In this document: piece after piece, positions 12,326-24,640 of the stretch
How positions within the stretch are numbered: the first letter of the stretch is position 1
How the letters are laid out: each line of letters starts with the position of its first letter
NCBI RefSeq assembly: GCF_001194135.2
Contig: NC_068985.1
Location: forward strand, 40,626,646 to 40,690,645
Direction: 5' to 3'
Length of the DNA: 64,000 nucleotides
Source of the DNA: Octopus bimaculoides
Taxonomy: Eukaryota
Program-made: the position numbers and the translations under genes
Notes under the pieces: generated by a model
Told to the model about the DNA's origin: nothing
What the model saw: only the letters and a program-made list of their open reading frames with translations
Databases searched by the model: none

Positions 12326-13159
12326 GTTGGTAGTTGTAAAGAATTCTGTGTCTGAATGAAAGAGAGTTGTTGCTGATAGTAATGGTTGTCTTTCTTTTTA
12401 AATCTATTTTCTGCACCTAAAATAAAGACTTGGTGTTGTGGTCATTTGATGATAGTCCAGTACTCACACCGGGTCATCCTACTAGCATGCATAAGTACCA
12501 ACATGGTGTTAGACTCATAAACACAGGCTTTTCATTGTTTTTGTGACTGTTATGATTTTAAAAAATCTTTGGCGGGGTTCTTCATATTACCAACCACTTT
12601 ACTGCATGCACAACATAAATTTTATCATGCCACCTACATGACAGTCTCTCAGGACTAAAGTGTCACTCCTATACTCTTGTCAGTTTTTAATTTAGACTTA
12701 CTTTCCATTCTTTTAGACAGCATGTCTCTGTGTAGTTAAGACAATCATTCTGGTAAATTGCTGAATTTATTCAGATTGTTTACATTCCTAGATGAGTTGC
12801 TTTTGCTACAACTATGAAGTCATGTCTCTCCAAACTTTTGGGTTTCTTTGGATTGTTCAAATTTCTAGAAAATGTTTCACCACTACAACTGTGAAGCCAA
12901 ATCTCTCCATGAAGTATAGAAGGGGGTGAATGTTCTAACTATATAAAACAATCATTATGGTCTGTTGTAATAGGTCAAAAGATTGTCTTAGGCATTAAGA
13001 GAGGGTGTTTCATGGCACTGAGTAAGAGGGAGAGGAATTTAGAAGTCAAACTGTTAGTTTAGGCTGTAAAACAAATTGTGACTTCATATACTTGTAAGAA
13101 AGGGAAGGCATGTGTCCAGCTTTTTAATGTTATCAATATTATTATATGATAAATTTCTA

Positions 13160-13520
13160 CTGCAGTTTCTATAAATTAACATTCGATAATTATACTTTTA
13201 TATTAACTTATTTTTGTCAGCATTTACACATTTCTATAAAACCTCTGCATTAGCATATTACCTCATATCCAGTATACAAAAACAAGAGCCACACTCCAAA
13301 GAGGAAGAGTGCTTCCTTCCAATCATATGCCTTTTCTTACAGAGACAGACTCACAGCATTTGCTCTTACTACAGCACCAATATATATAGCCATGGTGTGT
13401 ACTTCATGCTCATAACATTTTGCCTTTGACATTTATTCTTCTTTGGTATAACACCCTTTTCCTGAAAAAACATTATTGCTTCTTCTCCAGCTTTACATAC
13501 ACCAACTAATTCATGAAATT
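13160..13520 (-). mobile_element. Merlin (IS1016/ISXO2-like) transposase N-terminal remnant
   Basis: EEAIMFFQEKGVIPKKNKC...M, then after a frameshift GYIYWCCSKSKCCESVSVRKGI*LEGSTLPLWSVALVFVYW, matching the Merlin zinc-ribbon pattern DGY.WRC...C...SIRKGTWFE.SKL; DDE core not seen. Confidence 0.7.
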
Positions 13521-14489
13521 CAGTGTTAAAGAGTTGTTTTTGTCTTGATTTAAGACAAAAAGAAATAAATATGGTTTGCTGCACTTGTTCAAAGAACATA
13601 GGCAGGAAACAGATGACAGGTGGATAACAACAGATGCATACAATAACGTTAATCCCATGGAAACAGACAACTTCAGCTTCCTGTATGTCAGCAATAGAGG
13701 TTTCCGATTGGCTGAAATTTCATAACTTAAAGGCTTGTAACTTTTTTTAATATTAATTTCTAGAGAAAATAATGTAACTTAAATATTTTACATTTTTTGC
13801 TGATGTGTAAGGAGTGTGTGTATGCATATACACTCTACCATTTGTCTGTATGTCGAGGAAGAGTGCAAGATGAAGTGAGTCTGTGTTCTTGCTATTCAGT
13901 GTAGTTTCATGTTGCATTTTGTATTTAGTTCCATTAAAATTCTATCATTAACCTAAGTATCAACTATCTAAGTACTAATAAAGCATGAAATTGCTTAACT
14001 TGAGAGGTAGAATAAGAACCAGTATTAAGTCAGATGGAGGTTGGTCATAAGCAATATCTCTTGCACATCTACAAAAATAGCATATGTTTACAAACACTAG
14101 ATTTATTATGTTACGACATATCCTTGTTATCAATGAACAAACACTTACTCATATAATATTTTTCTTACACATATTTAATATATAAATATCAAAATATAAT
14201 TACAACTGTGGTATATCATAGAATTTAACCAGCTCAATAATATAATTTCGTTGTGTTAATCAGGTAATGTTTTCTGCTCTTTGTAGCCACATGAAGTACT
14301 ATGCTGTCAAAGCTTGTCATCTTTCCTCTCTTTAGCTATGCTTCTCACACCTACTCCAGCTACATTCCTTATTTCCTGTTTCTGAATACATCTGATTGTA
14401 TATATGTGTGTATAACCATTACTGCGTCAGCAAATCTCCATCCAACCCATGCTAGCAAGGAAAACCAGATGTAAAATGAATAAATGTAC

Positions 14490-14692
14490 TTGAACTGGTG
14501 CCACATAAACACACCTGTGCCAGTGCTGTGTGAAAGTACGTTCATTAAAGTGGTTGGCGTTAGGAAGTGCATCCAGCTGTAGAAATCAAGCCTAAACTGA
14601 CATGGAGCCAGAACAGCTCTTCAGCTAGCCAGCTGGTCAAAACTGTCCAACCCATACTAGCATGGAAAATGGATGTTAAATGATGATGATGA
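14490..14692 (+). mobile_element. RTE-type 3' tail copy
   Basis: Same tail sequence and (GAT)n end. Confidence 0.8.
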
Positions 14693-14880
14693 AATATGCT
14701 TATATATGGTGATATCTTTCAGTTGTAGAACAACTTGGGGAAGTAGCATAATATTGCTGATTTCTATGGTTTCAATCAATATGCCCAAGAGAAAATGAGA
14801 TGTTTGAGAGGGTATATGAAAAAGACATTTGAAGGAAAGAATTAAAACAACTAAAGCTGTATTTAACGTCCATCATATTG

Positions 14881-15268
14881 TGGAGGCGCAATGGCCCAGT
14901 GGTTAAGGCAGTGGACTTGCAGTCATAGGATCGCGGTTTCGATTCCCAGACTGGGCGTTATGAGTGTTTATTGAGCGAAAACACCTAAAGCTCCATGAGG
15001 CTCCGGCAGGGGATGGTGGCGAACCCTGCTGTACTCTTTCACCACAACTTTCTCTCACTCTTACTTCTTGTTTCTGTTGTGCCTGTAATTCAAAGGGCCA
15101 GCCTTGTCGCATTGTGTCACGCTGAATATCCTAGAGAACTACGTTAAGGGTACACGTGTCTGTGGAGTGCTCAGCCACTTGCACATTAATTTCACGAGCA
15201 AGCTGTTCCGTTGATCAGATCAACTGAAACCCTCGACGTTGTAAGCGACGGAGTGCCAACAGCAACAA
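14881..15268 (+). mobile_element. tRNA-derived SINE (~385 bp)
   Basis: Pol III A box TGGCCCAGTGG, B box GGTTTCGATTCC; highly similar to 22586-22966; (AAC)-type tail. Confidence 0.9.
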
Positions 15269-15351
15269 TTGCATAGCACAACTGAAAGAAATATTTGCTA
15301 TTAACCAAAATGTTAATGAATGCCTACAAAAAGAAATTATTTTCTATATAT

Positions 15352-15512
15352 AGGTGCTGGCATGGCTGTGTGGTAAGAAGCTTGCTTCCCAATCACATGG
15401 TTTTGGGTTCAGTCCCACTGCATGGCACCTTTGGCAAGTTCTACTATAGCCTCAGGTCAACCAAAGCTTTGTGAGTGGATTTGGTAGATGGAAACTGAAA
15501 GAAGCCCGTCAT
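15352..15512 (+). mobile_element. Short tRNA-related SINE, family A (~160 bp)
   Basis: gtgtggtaagaagcttgcttccc...gggttcagtcccactg...gaaactgaaagaagccc. Reverse copies at 10503-10633, 16055-16217, 21785-21946, 30421-30582, 45752-45877; degenerate at ~24003-24150. Confidence 0.88.
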
Positions 15513-15624
15513 ATATATATATTCTTTTATTCTACTACTTGTTTCAGTCATTTGACTGCAGCCATGCTGGAGCACCACCTTAAGGGGTTTTAGTCGAACA
15601 AATTGACCCCAGGGCTTATTCATT

Positions 15625-16054
15625 GTACAACAATGAATAACAGCACCATCCAAGCGGGATTACTGCCAGAGCAGCTGTCTGGCTCCCATAAAAAGCACCA
15701 TTTGAGCATGATCATTACCAGCGTCGCCTTACTGGTACTTATGCCAGTGGCACGCGAACAAAACATTTGAGCGAGGTCGTTGCCAGTGCCGCTGGACTGA
15801 CTCCTGTGCAGGTGGCACGTAAAAAACATCATTTGAGCGTGGCCGTTGCCAGTACCGCCAGACTGGCCCTCATGTCCGTGGCACGTAAAAAGCACCCACT
15901 ACATTCTCGGAGTGGTTGATGTTAGGAAGGGCATCCAGCTGTATAAACTCTGCCAGATCAGATTGGAGCCTGATGCAGCCATTTGGTTCGCCAGTCCTCA
16001 GTCAAATCGTCCAACCCATGCTAGCATGGAAAGTGGATGTTAAACGATGATGAT
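15625..16054 (+). mobile_element. RTE-type 3' tail with about three internal ~60-bp tandem units
   Basis: gtggcacgtaaaaa-type units, then gagtggttg...ggaagggcatccagctgta...gcatggaaagtggatgttaaacgatgatgat. Confidence 0.85.
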
Positions 16055-16724
16055 ATACGACAGGCTTCTTTCAGTTTGCCTACCAAATCCACTCACAAGG
16101 CTTTGGTTGGCCCAAGGCTATAGTAAAAAACACTTGTCCAAAGTGTCACAGTGGGACTGAACCTGGAACCATATGGTTGGGAAGCAAGCTTCTTACAACA
16201 CAGCCACGCCTGCACCTATATCATCATCGTCCATCATTTTGAATCTGGGTTTTATCCTTGTTAACGGGGATGGCCAGATCTACCTCAATGCCATAGCAAC
16301 TACCTTCACAACATCTCGCCTGGTTTTGGGCGTCCTCCTTCTCAAGCCAACCCTCCCAATCTCCTATTTTATCTGTTCCCTCCACATTTTCCTCAGTCTA
16401 CTTCACTTTCGCTGTCCAGTCACCCTCCTCAGAACATGTTCCTCATTCTTCAACACATGCCCATACCACCACACTCCATTTGCCCTTGCTAGCCGTTCCA
16501 CTGATTCCTCCAGCCAGTGTTCTTTCAAGTCTTCAGTCCTCTTATCAGCTTCACACCACACATTTCTCTCACCATTGCTCTCTCAGTCCTTCTCAAAATT
16601 GCCATCTCTCTCTCTCTCTCTAAAACACCAGGTTTCACTGCCATACAGCATTGCAGCTCTCACACAACTCCTATAGACCTTTACTTTCATCTTCAGTGTG
16701 TGTGTGTGTGTGTATCTTTATGTC

Positions 16725-16918
16725 TGTGTTTGTCTCCCCCATCACTGCTTGACAACTGATGTTGGTGTTTACATCTCCGTAACCTGGCGGTTTGGCAAAC
16801 GAGGCCAATAGAATAAGTACTAGGCTTTAAAAATAAGTCTTGGAGTTGATTTGTTCGACTAAACCGTTCAAGGTAGTGCTTCAGCATAGCTGCAGTCAGA
16901 TGACTGAAACAAGTAAAA
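16725..16918 (+). mobile_element. SINE-like repeat, family B (~200 bp)
   Basis: Ends gcagtcagatgactgaaacaagtaaaa; opposite-orientation copies at 21575-21785, 30165-30375 and partial 15533-15620. Confidence 0.8.
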
Positions 16919-17529
16919 AAAAATAGGTCAATATTTGGTCACCATTATAACCACCAATATGAAAGTATTGTTATATATCTTGTGGGTTGTTCAGAGAGGT
17001 GCCACACACTTAATTAACGTTATAAAAACAGTAGGTTGGATTAAAAGTACAGGAGAAAAACCTAGAGAATTTTGCTTAGAAATCATTCATAATAAAAAAT
17101 TTAGACTCATTAACTTCAGTAACTACCGAGACAACATGGTGGACAGTCAGGCAACAAAATTAGTGACAACCAATTCTTTGGTGGATAGATATAAAATAAA
17201 CACCAGCATATACAACCTAATATGAAGGAATTCTTGTGAAACAAGTTGACTTGCCCAACAATCTTTAACACATAGTGCAAACTATATTACATAAACAGAT
17301 CTTTCCCTACTAACTCCATCACAAGAAATAATCAAATTTTTTTTTTAATTGCATGCTGATCAAACCACAACGAAATCAATCATTGCTGCAGAGAGAAATG
17401 TCTTTGTCATAACCCATAAACAAAAATAAATTCCAGTTCTGTTAACAAGCTTCATCAATTTTCGTTTTTTTTTTTTGACGCTTGTAGGGGTTGGACAATT
17501 ACTGAGGCATTATCTTACAAACAAATGCT

Positions 17530-18000
17530 CTACTTGTTACTAATCCTTATCCGTTTTCCAAATAATGCAGAGCTAGGATGATTTAATGGGAATGTCAACA
17601 TGTTACTGCTTTTGCTTAAAGTTTCATGCAAAGGCAAATCTTCTTTCAGTTTATCAATATTGATAGGGGACAACAGGAGAGGTTTAGCAATTGTGGTTCT
17701 CACACGGTATCCAGCTTTACGGATCTCGCAATGAACAGTTTTTGTTGACACAGGATTGGCAAGATGATGGTTTAACTCTGCTGCTACTTTTCACTATCCT
17801 GCAGTCCTTCTCTGTGAGTTTTGCTTTCTGTCCAGAATTATGCTAGCCAGAGTTGGTTTCACCTTGGCTTTGGAATGCCAATGTGATTTTAGAGACCGCA
17901 CTTCTCGAAACATTAAAAATTCAGCAATTTTAGTGACCAAAGCTCCTGCCAACAATGCTCCAACAATTAGTCCTCTTTGGAAATCAGATAGGTCATGCAT
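17530..18000 (-). mobile_element. Tc1-family transposase N-terminal remnant
   Basis: MHDLSDFQRGLIVGALLAGALVTKIAE and STKTVHCEIRKAGYRVRTTIAKPLL match the Tc1 paired-like HTH pattern; frameshifted. Confidence 0.85.
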
Positions 18001-18048
18001 TTTAACTTATTTAAATATACATATATATAAAGACGATCCTCCGGAGAC

Positions 18049-18449
18049 GGTCTCACAAAACAAACTATTTGTTAAGGCAATTTCCGTAAAAATTTCTTTA
18101 ATTTTTTTTAGCTGATCATTGAAAAACATAGTCGCACACTCACAGATTCATAGTACCCTCATTGTTTTTCATGCCCTGAGCGAGTTGAACAGTGAAACAC
18201 ACTCACTCACACACACATACATAAATACACAGACATGTTTTATGCTTCCACGAATCGTTTGTTCGTGTATTTTTTTTTTATGTATGTATGTGTTTATATG
18301 TGTATGCATGTATATTTGTGTAAGTATATGTATGTGTTTATGTGCATGTATGTATTGTATTAGGTCTGTCTAAGAACTGAAAAAAAAACTTTAAAGAAAT
18401 TTTTTTAAATTACGGAAAATACCTAACAAATAGTTCGTTCTGTGAGACC
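18049..18449. mobile_element. MITE-like element with ~65-bp imperfect TIRs
   Basis: ggtctcacaaaacaaactatttgttaaggcaatttccgtaa vs ttacggaaaatacctaacaaatagttcgttctgtgagacc; no clear TSD. Confidence 0.65.
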
Positions 18450-18499
18450 ATATGCATGTATGTATGTGTGTGTGTATATATAATATATAAAGTGAATCT

Positions 18500-19484
18500 T
18501 TTCTAGGAATATATGTATGTCGATGTCTGGATTCCCCACACAACAAAGGCATTATACATTTTGTAGACCTGTAAATATGCAGGTACGAATAATAAACCCA
18601 CCGTCAATTGAGATTATGAAATATGTAGTCGATATCGAATAAATTATGAGAAAAATAATAATAAAAACACGGTTTGGAAGCAATGTTTGAAAGTGCGTGT
18701 GTTACCGTTGAAGACATTGCTGGTAATATATAAAAATTAGTCCAAGTTAAAATGATAAACAAAGTAAGGAAAAACATTGTATTTACGAATAAAATATAGA
18801 TTACTAAAATTCGAAGAGACTTGTCGAATAAATTTATTATGATAAAAAATTTTTTTTTAAGAGTTGTTCTTGTGTGGCAAGGACACAACGTGGATAGAGA
18901 ACGAATTCATATTAAGTCAATATTTTCAATTTGGGGAGAGTGAAAACATTTTCAAAAATCCAACACTCGTTTTAGAATTAAAATATGACATTACAGTAAA
19001 AATAACATGAAATTAAATATAATTCTAAACTATATATATGCACTATATGAAAGGGAAAGAAAACGGAAAGTCGATGCTAACCTGTCAGGAATACTTTAAA
19101 ATGGAAAAGAAATAATCTATGAGATCGCTGTTGCTATGAAACGTACCGTCAGAGAGAGAGAGAAAAAAAAACTTAAGAGAAAATATGAGTGAAGAAAGAA
19201 GGATAAATTATGTAAAAAGACTATGTAAATTAGTGAAAATATGAGTGGAGGTGAGGAGGGTGACCGGCCTATAGAGAAGGGCGATGTGCGCAGAATCTAC
19301 ACTTATTTAATCACCGGCTGACAAGAAATTAGACAGGAAGTTTGCTTTCTTGAATATGGACATTAAAATTTAAATAAAGCTATGGAATTGAGGAAACTAG
19401 TCATGTTCTGCGTCAGGAAAAAATGATGCCAGTAATTAAAAGTTCAATGAAATAAACTGTCTGCCGAGAAGAGACGAAAGTTTA

Positions 19485-19516
<32 letters not shown>

Positions 19517-19560
19517 TCCATAGTAATTATACTTTCATTTGGTAGGTCAGTGACCATGGC
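18500..19560. repeat. Unclassified interspersed repeat, copy 2
   Basis: Same orientation and block order as 6690-8000. Confidence 0.75.
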
Positions 19561-19599
19561 TTTTACAACTCATCTCAATCCAGTGAAATCGATACAACA

Positions 19600-20400
19600 C
19601 GAATGATGAGAGGAGCAAAGATGAATGAGGTGGGAGTAGTTGAGCGGTTGGAACACAAGATCAGGCAGCTTCAAACAGAGGCTTTTGTGTAGGGTGTAGG
19701 ACAGACAAAGCAAGGAGTTGACATGTCTATGGCCTGAGGCAGCAGCATACTGTGAGAGACTACATCCATCAGTCAAATAACTGTTTTGTGTGCAGCAACA
19801 GCACTGTCTTAGATGTAGGAGCAGTACTCCATTGCAAAACCATTTGAACTTTACAAAAAATTAGTAACTGTTCAGGGATTAACTATTCTTTAAATCTGAA
19901 GAGAAGGGCCAGTCATGGAAATTTGTTCCTCTTTATGTTAATGATATGAATATACTCTGAAAGATCCTCAGTGAAATGTGGTTATGTTTTCTTGAGGCAA
20001 ACTTTTTTTTATTGTTGTTGGAAGAGACAAGATTGGCATAACACTATTGGAAGATGCTTTCAGAGAGTAAGTGTAGGTTTGTCACGAAGGGTATATATTG
20101 CATGTGGATGATGCTTGAGTGTGTGGTATCCTCTATAGTAAATAGGTCATTGTTGTAGAGTAGAAAGAGTGAAGGAGACAGAATTGAAACCTGGGGCACA
20201 GCAGAGTTGATAGTAGTTAAGTTTGAGAGAAGACTGGGATAGAGTAATCCAATAGGAAGCTACTGACCTAGATAGTTAACTGAGTTGATGAACTATATGG
20301 TCAGGGTGAAGGTGAATGTATTAGATAGTCATGACAAGGCAGTGCTGAACCCAATAGATACAGAGACAATCATAGAAGGTCTCTGTCTCAAATTGAAAGC
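19600..20400 (-). mobile_element. CR1/L2-like LINE RT remnant
   Basis: Minus strand reads INSAVPQVSILSPSLFLLYNNDL (RT motif GVPQGS.LSP.LF.LY.NDL). Confidence 0.7.
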
Positions 20401-22585
20401 AGATTCTTTGATCAGTTAGAATGTTTTAATAAACAACAAAACAGAATCTTTCAAACTGAGTGGATGTCACAAAAATTTTTTACCAATGATGCCCAACAAC
20501 TAGTATTAATTTCTTAAAATGATGTCAGCAAAAATTCTAGTCAATCCAAAGTTGTTAATTGATAATTAGTCAAGCATTGATTAAGCTAAGCACAGCTTAT
20601 AAAAAAAGTAGTGAACAAGAGACAGGTGTCAAATGAACACAGTCACAGACAGAGCCAGATACATGGACAGTGATACAACCATACAGTAAGTTAGGTTGAG
20701 TTCAATATCTGTTGTTTTTTGACAACTAGACTAGTCAGTAGAAACATTCTGCAACATCCAACTCAAAGATCAACCATGGCAAGGGACACTCATATTTATT
20801 CAATAATCCTCTCTCTCTCTCTCTCTCCCTCGCTCCCCCCTCCATGGCTATCTTTCATATGCAGACAAGCAAACAAACTGTCCAATTAAATTATTGAGGT
20901 CACCTCCAAATAAAACAAAACTACGCTTGCCTTGTTTTTGACACATGACATATGCAGCTTTCAGCAAAATGTTTCAACAGGCAACTTAGACCACCATGTG
21001 TAGTCTGGACACTCACTTTGTAAACACAGTGAGTCTACAACCACAATGAAGTTCAGCCATCAAGCAATTACCTCACACCCATAAAGAATACACTGCCAAA
21101 AATAGAGAAGCCCCAAATGGAAAACAACATAAAAGCAGATGTATAACTTTGGTCTCATGTTCAGAGGTTCAGAATCAACTTCTATACTTGGTTTCCATGT
21201 GGTCATGGAAAGTTTATAAACTTTGAATTTTTTACACATGTTCCTATGATTTTCCATTCCAGAAACAGATGCAGTGTATGTATTAGATAGTTTGCTTTTG
21301 TTTTTCTTTCAAATATTTACATTGCATGCCTTTTGAATTTGTATTCTAATTCTTCTTTTCTTTATTTGCACATGCATCAATGCAAATAGTAACATGTCTT
21401 CTCTACTCTTTTTCGTATGCATGCACCTGCACACTTCCAATGCATAAACATAACAACAGCTGAATTTTGCATTTTGTTCTATTGATAGTTTTGACTCTGT
21501 AAACTTAAGGTTAACTATGTGGTGACATATGTATAATACCTACAATGTATTATACATGTTTAACTTTTTTTTATCTATCATCTGTTTCAGTCATTAGACT
21601 GTGGCTATGCTTAGACACTGCCTTGAAGAACCTCTAGTTGAATGAATCAACCCCAACACTTATTTTTGCTTTTTCAAGCCTGGTACTTACTCTATCAAAC
21701 TCTTTGCTGAATTAAGTTACAGGGATGTAAACAAACTAGCACTGATTGTCAAGCAGTGGTGGGGACAAACACAAACACACACAATGGACTTCTTTCAGTT
21801 TCTGTCTGTCAAATCCACTCACAAGGCTTTGGTTAGCCTGAGGCTATAGTAGAAGACACTTGCCTAAGGTTCCATGCAGTTGGACTGAACCCGGAACCAT
21901 GTGGTTGGAAAGCAAACTTTTTACCACACAGCCATACCTGCACCTACAATACCAGGATATATTCCACTTTCAGTAGCCTACGGTCTTCATTCATAATTTG
22001 CAAACCCATGGTTAGCCAGCATTTGATTTATGTATTTGAATGTTTTTCTTGTCCTATCCTCTTCTGTCATTTATATACCATCTATCATGCACTCACAATA
22101 CAATTTTTTTTTGGCTTTTCATATAAAAGTTTCCATTTTCTCAGAGTATGTAAGCTTTTTTACAATTTTTATTTTATTTGTTAAATGTTGCAACATACAC
22201 ACATTTAAGTATTTGTGCCTTCAGCAACTGTTTCCAGATCTGTGTCAATCCTAGGCCGTAATTACTGACATTTTGTCTGTCAGATCCTACACTTAGCAAG
22301 TTTACACTGCACTTCTTTTCTTTTTTAATTGCTTCTCATCTTAACTTGAGCAGGTCTGTTAACACTGTCTACCATATTCTCTTGGTATTTTCAATAAAGA
22401 ACACAAACCAAATTTTTTGTCATTTTAGTATACAACATTGCTCAGGTCATGGTGTACATAGAAGTTCACCCAAGTTTTTTTTTTTACAATTTGTTGCACA
22501 TGATTTACCCATAGCAATTCCTCTTGATCACAGCACTAAACATACTTGACCTATGTATTTCCTTCAAAGCATATACCAAACTGAA

Positions 22586-22966
22586 TGGAAGCACAATGGC
22601 CCAGTGGTTAGGGCAGCGAACTCCCAGTCATAGGATCGCGGTTTCGATTCCCAGACCGGGCGTTGTGAGTGTTTATTGAGCGAAAACACCTAAAGCTCCA
22701 CGAGGCTCTGGCAGGGGATGGTGGCAAACCCTGCTGTACTCTTTCGCCACGACTTTCTCTCACTCTTACTTCCTGTTTCTGTTGTGCCTGTAATTCAAAG
22801 GGTCAGCCTTGTCACACTGTGTCATGCTGAATATCCCCAAGAACTATGTTAAGGATACACGTGTCTGTGGATTGCTCAGCTACGTGCACGTTAATTTCAC
22901 GAGCAGGCTGTTTTGTTGATCGGATCAACTGGAACCCTCAACGTCGTAAGCAACGGAGTGCCAACA
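22586..22966 (+). mobile_element. tRNA-derived SINE, second copy, with target-site duplication
   Basis: A and B boxes; 11-bp TSD ataccaaactg at 22573-22583 and 22967-22977. Confidence 0.92.
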
Positions 22967-23079
22967 ATACCAAACTGTACACATAAATTTGCCAGAAATC
23001 TACCTGCTATACCATGGCTTCAGAATATATGGTCTGTGTTTTTCTCAGCTCCTTGCAATGTAAATTGGCAACCACACCA

Positions 23080-23267
23080 TACTCAGACTCACTTGAGTAT
23101 TATATATTGTACCATATTCAGACCCACTCAGCTATTAAACAGCAATGTATTCAGACTCACTTGAATATTGCATTCACATGTATATGCAATCGGGTACTTC
23201 ACTATTCGGATGCACTTGAATACATGCATAATTCAGTACTACACCTTATTCAGATTCACTTTTCTGG
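23080..23267. repeat. Degenerate minisatellite with semi-palindromic 20-bp core (5 units)
   Basis: TAYTCA-GACTCACT-TGARTA core starting at 23080, 23115, 23148, 23203, 23247. Confidence 0.7.
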
Positions 23268-24424
23268 TATCAAAGATGTATATTTCTGGCCTTGCATTAC
23301 ATCCTCTTTCAATGAGCACATTTAAAACCACATTAATGTTCTCAGTCATAGTTTAGCCACCATTTCTCTGCAAAATTGTCATCATTTTTCTACAGCCTGC
23401 TAGACATATCTAAATTTGTTTGTTATGCAACCAACTCTCTGATGGAAGAGTAATGCAGCAGGTTTCTACCTCGAATTGAACCTGGATTCTTTTTTCAATT
23501 AAAAGGTTTTAATAAACAACAGAACAGAATCTGTCAAATTGAGTGATGACATCAAAAACTTAGCCAAAGATTCCCAACAACTATGCATTAAATTCTTTAT
23601 GTTAGCAAAAATTCTAGTAAAGCCCAAATTATTGATAATCAGTCAAGCTTTGATTAATCTAAACACAGCTTCTAAAAAGAATAGTAAGCAACAGATAGGA
23701 GCTGGACAGAAAGACAACAAAAATAATTCCAGTTCTGTAAGCAACCTACAATTTTCATTAGTTTTTATATCCATATTTCCATGCTTGCATAGATTAAACA
23801 AATAGTTATTGAGGTACTAATTTACAAGCAGATGCACTTCTTGTAGCAAACCCTTACACATTTTTCATTCCAATTGTGCTTGAAAATGCAGGGGCTACAG
23901 GATGATTTAAGGGAAATGTCAATATGTTACTGCTTTTAGTTTCATGCAAAGATATGTACTGCAAACATTCACATGTACATAAGTGCACACACATTAATGA
24001 TAGGCTTCCATAATTTCTGTCAATTACACTCACAAAGTATTGATTACCTTGAGGCTACAGTGGAAGACACTTACTCTAGGTGCCATGCAATTAAATAGTA
24101 CTCAGAACCACATGGTTATGACATGAACTTCATAGCCACACAGTTGTGCTTGTGTCTTTTAAATTTATTTACATTTCACAGATTACTCTGAAGAGGAAGT
24201 GCAATGCATATGTTCTTTGCAGTGCTTCTGAGAATGGGAGAACTGAAGAACCCATGACTCAACAGTAAGAAGCAATACATCAAGAAGTCTGAATGAAAAC
24301 AATGGACTCCAGAAAAAGTAACCAAGGCCAAGAGCTACAATTCTCTAGGGATGAATGTTGGAATAACATACATTTACCTCTATCCCTGAAGGAGATGTAG
24401 ACATTACTACCTGCTAAAGTAATA

Positions 24425-24640
24425 ATCTTTTCTACTATAGGAACTAGGTCTGGAACTTTTGGTGGGAGGGGACTAGTGGATCACATTAACCTCAGTGTGC
24501 AACTGGTACTTATTTCATTGACCCCCAAAAGGATGAAAGGCAAAGTTGACCTCAGTGGAATTTGAACCCAAAATGTAGCAATGGGTGAAGTAATACTAAG
24601 CATTTTGCCTGGCATGCTAATGATTATCCCCGCTTGCCTA
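24425..24640 (-). mobile_element. SINE, family C (MetaSINE-like core)
   Basis: Minus strand has gcctttcatccttttgggggtcaatgaaataagtaccag core; related copies ~25640-25870, 38615-38780, 43503-43665, 50870-50980. The family name is from recall, not a search. Confidence 0.65.

Noticed and set aside
14881-14960. tRNA gene (also 22586-22660 and 31900-31971)
   Set aside because: A/B boxes are present but there is no complete cloverleaf, and each continues into a shared SINE body; one copy has a TSD.
20860-21300. Penelope GIY-YIG endonuclease remnant (FPCGHGKF.. resembling IPCxCGKVYIG)
   Set aside because: The match is short and needs an assumed indel; not supportable without a profile search.
23080-23267. 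CRISPR array
   Set aside because: Eukaryotic context, no cas genes, degenerate repeats, irregular periods and spacers related to each other; kept only as a minisatellite.
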